Made by a program: the position numbers and the translations under genes. DNA of 32,000 nt from an uncultured Methanobacteriaceae archaeon (lineage in GTDB: Archaea; Methanobacteriota; Methanobacteria; Methanobacteriales; Methanobacteriaceae). Of this stretch, positions 9,469 through 19,099 are shown piece by piece; position 1 is the stretch's first letter; each line of letters begins with the position of its first letter. Under the pieces are notes generated by a model. The model saw nothing but the letters and a program-made list of their open reading frames with translations, made no database searches and had not been told where the DNA came from. Location of the stretch: contig CAVOPP010000011.1 of assembly GCA_963698135.1 (NCBI GenBank), positions 198,954 to 230,953 on the forward strand, given 5' to 3'.

Positions 9469-12400
9469 TTATTTTCCTGTTTTGAATCTAAATGAACAGC
9501 TATTGGCCAGATTATTTCCCGCATAGTCTTTTACAGCACCAGAAGGAATATAAACTGAGTACCAAGTATAACTACTTCTTTTCAAGGCAGTGTTAATTTT
9601 AAGAACGTTTCCAGAAATGGATACGCTAATTTTTACTAACTTACCTGTTTTAAGGTTTTTAATATAAACCTTGGACCAGTTAACACTACTTTTAAGGTTT
9701 TCAGATAATTTCACGTAGATTGTGGAAGTTCTGGAAACATTAACAGCCTTGTGCTTAGGATAAGTTAAAACTACCTTAGGGGCCACTTTATCTATATTAT
9801 AAGTTGCAGGATACACTTGTGAGGGATTACCTGAATCATCAACAGCTAAAAACTTCAAAATGGTTGATGAGCTAATAGTTATGGGTCCCGTGTATTTTGT
9901 GCTGTTAGTAGTGGGCGTGGAACCATTTAAAGTGTAGTATATACTACCTGCTTCGCTCATGGTTAGAGAAATTACCTTATTGGTGTTATAAAGTCCGCTT
10001 TTCAGATTGGCCCAGGCCTGAGGCATGTTTTTGTCTATGCTATAATTTTCTTCATAGATTGTAGAAGGATTTCCAGATTCATCTATAGCTAAAAACTTCA
10101 AAACAGTGCTAGAATTAATACTAATAGGACCAAAATACTTAATACTAAGATTACTCGGCGTAGAACCATCCAAAGTATAATAAATAACCCCTGGCTCACT
10201 CATATTCAAACTAACCAGTTGATTGGTATTATACGATCCACTCTTAATATCCGCAATTGCTGTAGGTAAAACCTTGTCAATATCATATGCTTCAACAGCC
10301 ACTTCTGAAGGATTTCCAGCCAAATCAACAGCTAAAAACTTCAAAATAGACGTATTGTTTATAGATATTGGGCCAGAATACTTAATACTGGAATTACTCG
10401 GAGTAGAATTATCCAAAGTATAATAAATACTACCAGACTCACTCATAACCAAACTAACCAACTGATCAACATTAAACAATCCACCCAAAACATCAGCCCA
10501 AACAGTAGGAACAACCTTATCAACTACATAAGATTCAGAACCAACTAAAGAAGGATTTCCAGCCAAATCTACAGCTAAAAACTTCAAAATAGACGTATTG
10601 TTTATAGATATTGGGCCAGAATACTTAGTACTGGAATTACTCGGAGTAGAATTATCCAAAGTATAATAAATACTACCAGACTCACTCATAGCCAAACTAA
10701 CCAACTGATCAACATTAAACAATCCACCCAAAACATCAGCCCAAACTGTAGGAACAACCTTATCAACAGTGAAACTAGAATCAAATCCATTTGACAAATT
10801 ATTACCTACTAAGTCCATCACCGCGTTCGCCGGTATGTTCAAATTATAACCCCCATCCACATAATCGGCTGTTGGAGTTAAAAACAAAACATTCCCTACG
10901 ATGGTTTTATTCATATGGACAATACCAGAAGGTCCGGTTACACTAATACTACCAAAATAACTGCCTTCTTGAATAAATTCGCTGAAAGTAATAGTGATTA
11001 ACTTATTTCCAATGTTTATAAAAGCATTATTAATTGGATCAGTAATGTTTACAATTGGAGGAGTTGTATCCGGTGTCCAGATTAAGTTGTCTACCCAACC
11101 ACAATTAGAACCCACAGAATTGTTGTCACTACCGTCTTTAGTGTAACTCCACTTTAGAGTGTGTATCCCCGGGCCTAAAATGAAATTTTTATTTTGCCAA
11201 TCCTGTTCCCCACTTATACTAAATTGTTCTAAACCATCAATAAAGAATCTTAAAAAGTCATGTCCTGATTCGGATGATACTTTCCAATCAAAGTTCAGAT
11301 ATCCTAAACCTTCCACCAGGGTACTCATCCAGGTGGTCTCATTATTCCAGATAAACCCGCTTTGAGCAGAATTTGTATCGTTTTGACCTATATTTTGGGT
11401 CCCAAACCAGGTAACATTTCCGGTTCCATTAGTAGTCCAGTTAAGAAGTTCATTTTCTAAAGCTATTCCAATAGGCAACAATCCCTTCCATCCAAATGCT
11501 GCAGATGTCTGATTTTTGGGGCTGGCCAGATTGTAAACATATATTCCGGAGGATCCGGAATACCAATTACTATTGGGAGTTGTGGACGGGCCAAAGTATT
11601 TAGAAGGTCTATAAACATCTCCAGCATCAGCATCGTGAGACCCGTTTTGTATATCAAACAATCCATCGGCTTGTACTAAATCAACTAGATTATGAACCGT
11701 GTTGGAATTATCATAGAAAAATCTTCCATTGGCATCTAAGGTAGCATCAATATGCCAGATATACAGACCATCAGCCGGTACTCCTCCAGCCCATTTACCC
11801 GTGGACGGGTAATAAAAGTATTTATCATTTCCAGTTTTTTTCCGGTATTCCACCATATAAAACTCTTTATTTTCAGGACCCAAAAACTGGCCAGGGTAAA
11901 TTAATACACTGCTATGAGTTCCATTTAATTCTGCGGGGTTGAGAATTAGCTGCTGATCAAGGGCACTAACATCCGTTACATAATACGGGTTTATCCATCC
12001 CAATAACATTTTAAAGAAACAATTAAAGTCAGAAGACCCTCCATCCATCATATCCAGGCCACCGACACCATATCCCGGACCATTTATGTTAGTGTAAGGA
12101 GCAGTTCCAGTATCGTAATCATAAAGATCAGGTAACCCTAATAAATGTCCAGTTTCGTGTATATCAGTTTTAGGATTGGCTCCATACTCTGCCCACATAT
12201 ATTTATTCATTTTCACGCCATCTACAGTGAAATTATTACTACTTGGCAAAGTAATTACATATGACCACCAGGTACTTCCCCATCCAGTATCAGGACCGGC
12301 CCATTTTAAGGCCATGCCTTCCATATACCCGTCGCCATTGTTATCATATTGGGAGAAGTCCGTGGTGTTATCATAATAATTCATGACTTCCATCATCAAT

Positions 12401-12957
12401 TCCATTCTATTGGTATAATAACTACGGTTATGCTGTGCAGTATACCATCCTAAAACATCTCCCGTGATATTTAGTAATCCATAGGATGATCGCTGGTACC
12501 AGTTATGCAAACTCTCATAAGGATAATAATTTATAGAAGTATTGTAAGCTCCACTACCATTCCCAAAATAAATGGACTGTATTTCACCCACACTTTGAGT
12601 GGATTCATGTGGATAATCCGGGAAGTCCACCAGCATTATCAACATTTTAACAGTTCCCGTTGAGGGCAATGTGGTTGAAGTAGGTCGGGTCGACGAGGGT
12701 TCAACACTTATATTATTTTTAGACGGATTAGAACCTAAATTTAACCTCTGGTTTAAATTATTAATTAATTTAGGATCCGTATTTTGATTTCCAATGGCAG
12801 TTACATTGGTAATTCTTTCATCAAGTGTACCATCCGCCTTGTATTGTGCAATTTGTTCTTCAGTAGGTTTTTCGGTTGCACAGGCATTACCCATGGCGAA
12901 AATTATCCCTACGAAAAATATCAGTGCAAAAAGCATAGTTTTATTTTTATTTATAAT
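9469..12957 (-). CDS. M6-family metalloprotease domain protein (immune inhibitor A-like), secreted, with SbsA-type Ig-like domains and chitobiase/beta-hexosaminidase C-terminal-like repeats
   Basis: VKMLIMLVDFPDYPHE, then TDIHETGHLLGLPDLYDYD zinc motif. Four GSIYYTLDNSTP...SILKFLAVDLAGNPS units follow, then the C-terminal YPKHKAVNVSRTSTIYVKLSENL domain. The track start at 13026 puts the ribosome binding site (12960-12966) inside the CDS, so the real start is probably 12957/12954 (ATT/ATA) or 12936 (ATG). Confidence 0.85.
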   Translation of the reverse strand: MINKNKTMLFALIFFVGIIFAMGNACATEKPTEEQIAQYKADGTLDERITNVTAIGNQNTDPKLINNLNQRLNLGSNPSKNNISVEPSSTRPTSTTLPSTGTVKMLIMLVDFPDYPHESTQSVGEIQSIYFGNGSGAYNTSINYYPYESLHNWYQRSSYGLLNITGDVLGWYTAQHNRSYYTNRMELMMEVMNYYDNTTDFSQYDNNGDGYMEGMALKWAGPDTGWGSTWWSYVITLPSSNNFTVDGVKMNKYMWAEYGANPKTDIHETGHLLGLPDLYDYDTGTAPYTNINGPGYGVGGLDMMDGGSSDFNCFFKMLLGWINPYYVTDVSALDQQLILNPAELNGTHSSVLIYPGQFLGPENKEFYMVEYRKKTGNDKYFYYPSTGKWAGGVPADGLYIWHIDATLDANGRFFYDNSNTVHNLVDLVQADGLFDIQNGSHDADAGDVYRPSKYFGPSTTPNSNWYSGSSGIYVYNLASPKNQTSAAFGWKGLLPIGIALENELLNWTTNGTGNVTWFGTQNIGQNDTNSAQSGFIWNNETTWMSTLVEGLGYLNFDWKVSSESGHDFLRFFIDGLEQFSISGEQDWQNKNFILGPGIHTLKWSYTKDGSDNNSVGSNCGWVDNLIWTPDTTPPIVNITDPINNAFINIGNKLITITFSEFIQEGSYFGSISVTGPSGIVHMNKTIVGNVLFLTPTADYVDGGYNLNIPANAVMDLVGNNLSNGFDSSFTVDKVVPTVWADVLGGLFNVDQLVSLAMSESGSIYYTLDNSTPSNSSTKYSGPISINNTSILKFLAVDLAGNPSLVGSESYVVDKVVPTVWADVLGGLFNVDQLVSLVMSESGSIYYTLDNSTPSNSSIKYSGPISINNTSILKFLAVDLAGNPSEVAVEAYDIDKVLPTAIADIKSGSYNTNQLVSLNMSEPGVIYYTLDGSTPSNLSIKYFGPISINSSTVLKFLAIDESGNPSTIYEENYSIDKNMPQAWANLKSGLYNTNKVISLTMSEAGSIYYTLNGSTPTTNSTKYTGPITISSSTILKFLAVDDSGNPSQVYPATYNIDKVAPKVVLTYPKHKAVNVSRTSTIYVKLSENLKSSVNWSKVYIKNLKTGKLVKISVSISGNVLKINTALKRSSYTWYSVYIPSGAVKDYAGNNLANSCSFRFKTGK
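9790..10761 (-). repeat. Four tandem 81-aa (243-bp) coding repeats inside the M6-like protease gene
   Basis: Units begin at 10761, 10518, 10275 and 10032 (K-VVPTVWADVLGG / K-VVPTVWADVLGG / K-VLPTAIADIKSG / K-NMPQAWANLKSG). The first two are nearly identical at DNA level. Confidence 0.9.
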
Positions 12958-12959
12958 GA

Positions 12960-12966
12960 CACCTCC
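12960..12966 (-). promoter_or_regulatory. Ribosome binding site GGAGGTG for the M6-like protease gene
   Basis: Reverse complement of CACCTCC, followed by TC-ATT-ATA-AAT-AAA in frame. Confidence 0.65.
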
Positions 12967-13392
12967 AAATTTTTCACTCATTTTAGGGGATGATGCAATA
13001 ATTGGAATTAATAATATATGATTCATTTAGTTTATTTTTGTAATAAATCGTATTAGAACATTAAGTTCTCTGAAAGTTTTTAACAATTTATAATTCATTA
13101 AAAAAACAGTTAAAAGTACTAAATCACCATTATTATTGATAATATCTGCGTATTAGTAGCAAATTTAAAAAAAAATTAAAGATAACTTTTCTTCCCCCCA
13201 AAGTCATAAAATTAATTGATAAAATGAGTATATAAATTTTTCTAAAATGCTTAAGTCAAAAATAAACTACAAAATAGAATGATTATAAAATATACTTTTA
13301 AAAATTATGAAACGAATCTATAATTCTAATTAATTTAAATAAATATAAAAAACAAAAAAATAAGCAGTCCAGAGGACCGCTTCAAAGTATAA

Positions 13393-14223
13393 TTATTGTG
13401 GTTTTTCCATTAAAACGGATTTAGACATGGTTTGTCCTTTTCCACCGTGTGGGGTTCGGACAACAGTGTCGTTAGCCTTTTCAATTTCTCTTGCTTCAGC
13501 AGCGAGTTTAGCAGCAGTAGTGATCATTTCGTGAGCAGAAGCTACGATTGGTATGTACTTTTCTGCATCTCGGACCATGAAACATCCTTCTACATCGATA
13601 TCAGCTACTTTAGTAGCGATGTCATAGGCAGCCATAGCTTTAGCTTTAGCATAAGGACTGGAGAATTCAGCAGCAGCTACAGCAACATCTCGGCTGATAA
13701 CCACTTTAGGTAATTCGATTGCACTTCCAGCTTCGACAGCAGTCACAGCAGCGTCGATGGTGTTTTGTACAACTCTGTAAGCACCAGTTAAAGCTAACAC
13801 TTTAATTACGTCAGCATTAAAGGAAGCCATTTCAGTTGGGTCCAGGAATTCTCTTCGTGCACCGATCATTGGGTCGGCCTTTACAATAATGTATCCTAAA
13901 CCTTGTTCGTCCATTTCGTCCTTGGATCGTAGACCAGGAGCGTCACCGATTATGATGGCAGGGACGTCTGCAGCAGATAATAATTCTCTGGCTTTAGCAG
14001 GTCCTGGAGCACCTGGGTTAGGGCTTATGAATATAACAAAGTCCCTTTCCATTTCAAGCATTAATGGTACGGCTTTTTCGATTTCTTCTGGGTTCATTTT
14101 AGCCCCAGATCCTATTACACATACATCTATGTTTGGTCGGTCTGCTCTCTCATCAAGTAATAAGTCCAAAACAGGAGAGGTACCGATGTTACCACATTTA
14201 ATTATACCGATTTTTACAACCAT
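13393..14223 (-). CDS. mtd: F420-dependent methylenetetrahydromethanopterin dehydrogenase
   Basis: VVKIGIIKCGNIGTSPVLDLLLDERADRPNIDVCVIGSGAKM and ISPNPGAPGPAKARE. Start moved from the track's 14247 to 14223 because GGTGATATA sits directly upstream of that ATG. Confidence 0.97.
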   Translation of the reverse strand: MVVKIGIIKCGNIGTSPVLDLLLDERADRPNIDVCVIGSGAKMNPEEIEKAVPLMLEMERDFVIFISPNPGAPGPAKARELLSAADVPAIIIGDAPGLRSKDEMDEQGLGYIIVKADPMIGARREFLDPTEMASFNADVIKVLALTGAYRVVQNTIDAAVTAVEAGSAIELPKVVISRDVAVAAAEFSSPYAKAKAMAAYDIATKVADIDVEGCFMVRDAEKYIPIVASAHEMITTAAKLAAEAREIEKANDTVVRTPHGGKGQTMSKSVLMEKPQ

Positions 14224-14410
14224 TATATCACCAAAATGTGTTATCAATTGAGATATTAAGTACTTTTTGATTTAAACGCAATGAGTAAGTATTTATATTA
14301 GTAGTTGAAATTTGACTGCAATATTAAATTAAAGGCGTAATTCTATTTTTAAAATGTTTTTAGATTTTTTCTCTTAGAATTAATGTAGAAATAAAATTGT
14401 CATTTAAGAA

Positions 14411-14851
14411 TTATTCTGATATAACCAGTGCATTACCTGAATAAATCCGGGCAAAATAACTTTTGGCCAGTTCAATTTTTCCCAGGGCAGGGTCTGCCAA
14501 AATTACCGTATTTTCATTTATTTGGCCAATGACACTGTAATGAAATTTTCCATCAATATTTAAAAATACTATATTATTTGAAGTCAGATTATCCAGTTTA
14601 ATTCTCATCCCCCGGGCATCCAATCCTTTTTTTATGGCCGCTTTCATTAATCCATACATGGTAGTACCTGTCTCATCTGTGCCTGCTATTTGCGCCAGTT
14701 CATATTCCGTACAGCTTATTCCCATTCCCTGCAGTACTGTGGCCAATGCTGCCGGGCCACAGTTGTAGCTTGTGCTCTGCATTACAATTTGAGAATCGAT
14801 TTCAGACTTTAAAGAATTCTGATCCAACAAAGTATTCATAATACCTATCAC
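14411..14851 (-). CDS. C39-like cysteine peptidase domain protein
   Basis: MQSTSYNCGPAALATVLQGMGI (Cys motif), then GKFHYSVIGQINENTVILADPALG (His/Asp region). Confidence 0.8.
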   Translation of the reverse strand: MIGIMNTLLDQNSLKSEIDSQIVMQSTSYNCGPAALATVLQGMGISCTEYELAQIAGTDETGTTMYGLMKAAIKKGLDARGMRIKLDNLTSNNIVFLNIDGKFHYSVIGQINENTVILADPALGKIELAKSYFARIYSGNALVISE

Positions 14852-14981
14852 CTTTTTAGTAATAATTTAGTAATAAGTATTATTATATTTAATATTATTG
14901 TTTTAAAAAGTAATACTGAATTAATAAAAATAGGTGCAAATGAAATATGAAATTAATAATAACTAAAATAGAATGGGATAT

Positions 14982-16076
14982 TCATCTAAATTCAGATCGG
15001 GCATTCCAAATCATTTTAAGGCTTTTAAAGCCGCTTTTTGGCTCTTTTAAATTATTGAATGAATTGATAATTTTCTCCAGGTTATCAATGGCCTTTTCAG
15101 CATTTTCAACCAGCCCTCGACTATCAGGAGTAGAAATACTGGCAATTTCAAGGGGTATATCTGATATATGCAACACTTTAATGCCTAATTTTTCAGCCAA
15201 ATCAACACTGGAATGTTTATGATGAAAACCAGCAATTTTAATAGAAGGGACTCCTAAAACACCAGCCTCAATAGTTATACCCATACCTGCACCATATATG
15301 AGAGCCTGGGAAGCATTCATAATGCTGGGAAGGTCCACATAACCCTCAAGGACCTGGATATTATTATAACCCGATTTATAACCAGGTGCAGATTCCACCA
15401 GGCTCTGTACATAATCCTTACTGAATCTAAAGGGAGCTATGAGTACCGGTTTTTCCAGGGTTTTGACCGCTTGTACTAATTCTGGGAGTTGTTCTACTTT
15501 CAAATCGCCGCCCAGGGCAACTAAAATAAATTCATCCACCCCATAAAGAGCCTTTACTTTATTTTTATCCATTAATTCCATATTATGGACATAATAAGCC
15601 ATAGGATATCCCTGGATGTTTTTCACATTTTTAAGGCCGTACTGATTCTCCAGATATTCCTGGTATTCTCTGGAAGGAGCAGTAACCACATTGGCATAGG
15701 CCATCATTTCGATGGGATTGTAAATATCCTGTTCTATATGTAGAGTAGGTATCCTCAGTAAATTAGCAGCGGCCAATCCTTTTCTGACATCCCCTGCATT
15801 ACCACAAGTAATCATTAAATCTATTCCCTTTCCCTGCATGGCCCTAACTGCTTTTAAAATGTCCCTCATTACAAGATACCCAATCTGAGCATTGGACCTT
15901 TTACGGGCTCCAGCGCCTCTTCCTTGACCAATTGAATAAATTTCTGAACAGTAAGGAGCTAAGAGTTCTTTGGATCCTGGGCCGTGGGCCAGTCCAATGA
16001 TTTCCGCATCCAATTTTTCCAGAACTGGGATTAAAGTTCTGGCCGGGGCCAGTTCCGCGGCAATAGCAATTTTCAT
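14982..16076 (-). CDS. MurG-like glycosyltransferase (UDP-N-acetylglucosamine transferase fold)
   Basis: GKGIDLMITCGNAGDVRKGLAAANLLRIPTLHIEQDIYNP and ALIYGAGMGITIEAGVLGVPSIKI resemble the GT-B donor site of MurG/EpsE-like enzymes. Confidence 0.65.
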   Translation of the reverse strand: MKIAIAAELAPARTLIPVLEKLDAEIIGLAHGPGSKELLAPYCSEIYSIGQGRGAGARKRSNAQIGYLVMRDILKAVRAMQGKGIDLMITCGNAGDVRKGLAAANLLRIPTLHIEQDIYNPIEMMAYANVVTAPSREYQEYLENQYGLKNVKNIQGYPMAYYVHNMELMDKNKVKALYGVDEFILVALGGDLKVEQLPELVQAVKTLEKPVLIAPFRFSKDYVQSLVESAPGYKSGYNNIQVLEGYVDLPSIMNASQALIYGAGMGITIEAGVLGVPSIKIAGFHHKHSSVDLAEKLGIKVLHISDIPLEIASISTPDSRGLVENAEKAIDNLEKIINSFNNLKEPKSGFKSLKMIWNARSEFR

Positions 16077-16179
16077 GAATTTTCTCCATCAAGTACTTTC
16101 TTTATCCATTCAATCAGTTATATCCTTAAACCAGGTAGGATTATTTAATTTTCTTTATTCATTTTATCAGTTATAATCC

Positions 16180-17406
16180 TTAAACCAGACCCTTAAGATT
16201 ATTCAAATTTTTATTTCTCCATTTAAAAAAGGCAAATAAAACAAGGATTATGGAAATAAGGTAAAATATCCACACCACCAGATCAGTAGGGCCTGTTTCA
16301 ATCCATACCAGGGTTTGGGCCAATATTATGGCATAAAATGCTGTAAATATTCCTTTTTTTGTTTTTTGAATTAAGTGCATTAACTTCAGTACCAGACCTA
16401 GGATAAACATCTGCAGGGCCAGGGCCCAGGTTCCAAAGTCCAGGAGGGCCGGGCCGAAAATTGTGGAGGTGGAGGAGTGTTTGTACCCCAGAACTACCTC
16501 TCCCACAATGGCCCGGGGATCTGCGGACTGGAAAAATCCAGTGAGAGAGTAGTAGGCCAGTGTTCCATTGGTAGCCCCCTGCATCCCAATTAATTTATCA
16601 AACACAGTTAAGGTATATCCTGCACGGTAAAAAAACAACTCCAGCGGATTTAAAGTCCACTGCTGCCATTCTATGGACTTTGCAGATATGTATCCCACTA
16701 AAAGACCAATTCCTACCAATCCTATAACAAAAATAGCAAAATAGACCCATTTCAAGTTTTTAGAAAATTTCCGGGTGTAGTAAAGAGTTATAAATACACT
16801 TAGAATGATTACAATGGTAGTAGTCCGGTATCCTGTTAAGGCAAAAAGTGCTATTCCCAGGAGGAATAAAATATAGTAGTAGCTCCGATTAAACTTTGCC
16901 AGTAAAATATTTATTCCCGGTAAAAATAGGAGATAAGAAATTATCCATATTTTGGTTACCGCCTTGGCCTTGAGATAACCACTCAAAAGAGGAATTCCAC
17001 CTGAATTAAAGAGATTCAAAGCCTGTAAAAATAGACCGAAAATTACTATTCCCAGAATAAATATTTCCAGCCTAGAGAAACTCATCCGGGAAGTTTTTAC
17101 AGAGTTCTGCAATATATCTTCGTTTAAAGATTTATTTAAACCGTCTTTTTTAGAATATAAATAATTTAAAAAGTTATTTACTGATTCAAAACTTTTAAAG
17201 TTTAATTTGTAGACTAGTTTGGGAAATAAAATCCCGGCAATGAAAAAACAACACCCTAATAAAATATAAATATATATTCCCAAAGGCGGTGCTTCTAATC
17301 CTTTTATTTCATAATAAAAGCCAGTTATGCCAAATAATACATATAAAAAGATAGCAAATATGACTAAATACGGAGAAAATATATCAATTTTATTAATTAA
17401 TTTCAT
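16180..17406 (-). CDS. Polytopic membrane protein resembling oligosaccharide repeat-unit polymerase (Wzy-like)
   Basis: Multiple predicted transmembrane helices. FNSGGIPLLSGYLKAKA and the large loop SADPRAIVGEVVLGYKHSSTSTIFGPALLDFG resemble Wzy/oligosaccharide repeat-unit polymerase proteins. Confidence 0.6.
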   Translation of the reverse strand: MKLINKIDIFSPYLVIFAIFLYVLFGITGFYYEIKGLEAPPLGIYIYILLGCCFFIAGILFPKLVYKLNFKSFESVNNFLNYLYSKKDGLNKSLNEDILQNSVKTSRMSFSRLEIFILGIVIFGLFLQALNLFNSGGIPLLSGYLKAKAVTKIWIISYLLFLPGINILLAKFNRSYYYILFLLGIALFALTGYRTTTIVIILSVFITLYYTRKFSKNLKWVYFAIFVIGLVGIGLLVGYISAKSIEWQQWTLNPLELFFYRAGYTLTVFDKLIGMQGATNGTLAYYSLTGFFQSADPRAIVGEVVLGYKHSSTSTIFGPALLDFGTWALALQMFILGLVLKLMHLIQKTKKGIFTAFYAIILAQTLVWIETGPTDLVVWIFYLISIILVLFAFFKWRNKNLNNLKGLV

Positions 17407-17533
17407 GATAACTGGCGCCTATGGGTTGTAATAATATATTTTTATATGATTTTTTGTCTTTAGAATAATTAATAATTAAAAGAATTATAGTTCAATTTTG
17501 AAATAATTTTCATTTAGTTTACTTCATGAAATA

Positions 17534-18889
17534 TTAAATTTCCCAGGCGTTTTGGGCTAAATTAGAAGCAAATCCAGGGCATGCCGCTGCATGAGTATGC
17601 ACATAACTGGCCACCGTATTTTTAGACATTATTCCATCTTTAGAATCTAAAATTCCCCTTCCCCGTAGAATTTTAAAGGCAAATTCCGGTTTCTGGGAAT
17701 TGGAATCTATCTTGACCTTGGAGTAATGGAATTCGTGTCCCCTGAAAATATCCCCTTTTTTAGAAATTATATTATCTTCCTGGGCTTGTGAAATTACGTA
17801 ACTTAATCCCTGCACTTTATCAGTCATTACCGAGGAGTATGGAAATATTTCACACATTTTATGCTCATTAATAGAATTGGTGAGATACATCAAGCCTCCA
17901 CACTCGCCGTAAATGGGCCTTTCATCTAAGTAAAACTGTTTAATAGATTTACGCATGGAAATGTTGTTTTCCAGTTCTTTAGAAAAGATTTCCGGGTAGC
18001 CACCACCAATATACAGGGCATCCACATCAGGAAGTTCTTCATCATGATAAGGGCTGAACGGGACTATTTGAGCGTTATTATCCTCCAAAGCATCTAAATT
18101 TTCCTGGTAATAAAAGGTGAATATTTCATCCAGGGCCACTCCAATTTTAACTTTTTTATTGTTACTTTTTTCCCAAAGAGCTTCGCGCTGGGAGGGGATT
18201 TTTCCTGCATTTTTCATAATATCCTGCAAGGCATCCAGGTCAATATTTTCCTGGACAACCTGGCCCCATTTTTCAATGAACCCCAGTAAATTTTCCCTTT
18301 CCACAGCCGGGACCAGTCCCAAATGCCTTTGCTCCACGGTCAAGGAATCGCTTCGGGGAATTCCGCCGATGACTTCTGTTTTTGCCAGTTTCTCCACTGC
18401 TTCTTTGGCCTTAAGATAATGTCGGCGATTTTTAACGTGGTTTAAGATTACACCCTCAATTTTTACTTCAGGATCCAGAGTTTTGAATCCTAAAACCACT
18501 GCCGCTGCACTTTTAACCAGGCTTCGGGCATTTAAAATCAAAACTACCGGGGCATTAAGAGCTTTGGCAATGGAGGCTGTGTTTCCCACATCTCCGGTAG
18601 GGCTAATTCCTTCATATAACCCGCGGACTCCCTCTATTATTCCCATTTTTGAGCCATTGATGGTCAAAGCTCTTTCAAAAGCCTCCCTTATCTGGCCCTC
18701 TGACATGAAAAAGGAGTCCAGATTGCGGGACCGGTGACCTGTGGCCAGAGTGTGATAAGTGGGATCAATATAATCTGGCCCTACCTTAAACGGTTGAACC
18801 TGAGTCTCTTCTGATAATGCCTTCATGATACCGGTGGAAATTGTGGTTTTTCCCACGGCACTTCCAGTACCAGCCAATACTATTCTCAT
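17534..18889 (-). CDS. cfbB: Cobyrinate / Ni-sirohydrochlorin a,c-diamide synthase
   Basis: [21 protein letters not shown]-loop, [24 protein letters not shown] and [10 protein letters not shown] amidotransferase motif. The methanogen context favours the F430 pathway (CfbB). Confidence 0.85.
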   Translation of the reverse strand: MRIVLAGTGSAVGKTTISTGIMKALSEETQVQPFKVGPDYIDPTYHTLATGHRSRNLDSFFMSEGQIREAFERALTINGSKMGIIEGVRGLYEGISPTGDVGNTASIAKALNAPVVLILNARSLVKSAAAVVLGFKTLDPEVKIEGVILNHVKNRRHYLKAKEAVEKLAKTEVIGGIPRSDSLTVEQRHLGLVPAVERENLLGFIEKWGQVVQENIDLDALQDIMKNAGKIPSQREALWEKSNNKKVKIGVALDEIFTFYYQENLDALEDNNAQIVPFSPYHDEELPDVDALYIGGGYPEIFSKELENNISMRKSIKQFYLDERPIYGECGGLMYLTNSINEHKMCEIFPYSSVMTDKVQGLSYVISQAQEDNIISKKGDIFRGHEFHYSKVKIDSNSQKPEFAFKILRGRGILDSKDGIMSKNTVASYVHTHAAACPGFASNLAQNAWEI

Positions 18890-19099
18890 ATTCTATAATC
18901 AACTTACATTTTATTTAAATATTTTAATTTTTGCAGTTGAAAAATTAAAAATAGAATTATAATATTAGAATAGTCCTTGAAAAATTAAAATAAACTTTAA
19001 AATAGTTAATTTAGTATATATTTTTTTATTATTTTAAAATAGCATTTTTAAATTAAAAGTTAGAGTTTTTGTTATCTCCAAAAACTCGATTACTAGCTT

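Noticed and set aside
9790-10761. Possible CRISPR-like or mobile tandem repeat
   Set aside because: The period is 243 bp, in frame, and encodes the same 81-aa domain four times; no spacer structure.
13024-13026. ATG at 13026 as the start of the M6-like protease
   Set aside because: It would place a strong ribosome binding site and a non-hydrophobic stretch upstream of a clear signal peptide within the coding sequence.
13432-14251. Two long plus-strand ORFs antisense to mtd (93 and 120 aa)
   Set aside because: Serine-rich shadow ORFs opposite a highly conserved gene; codon bias of mtd explains the open frame.
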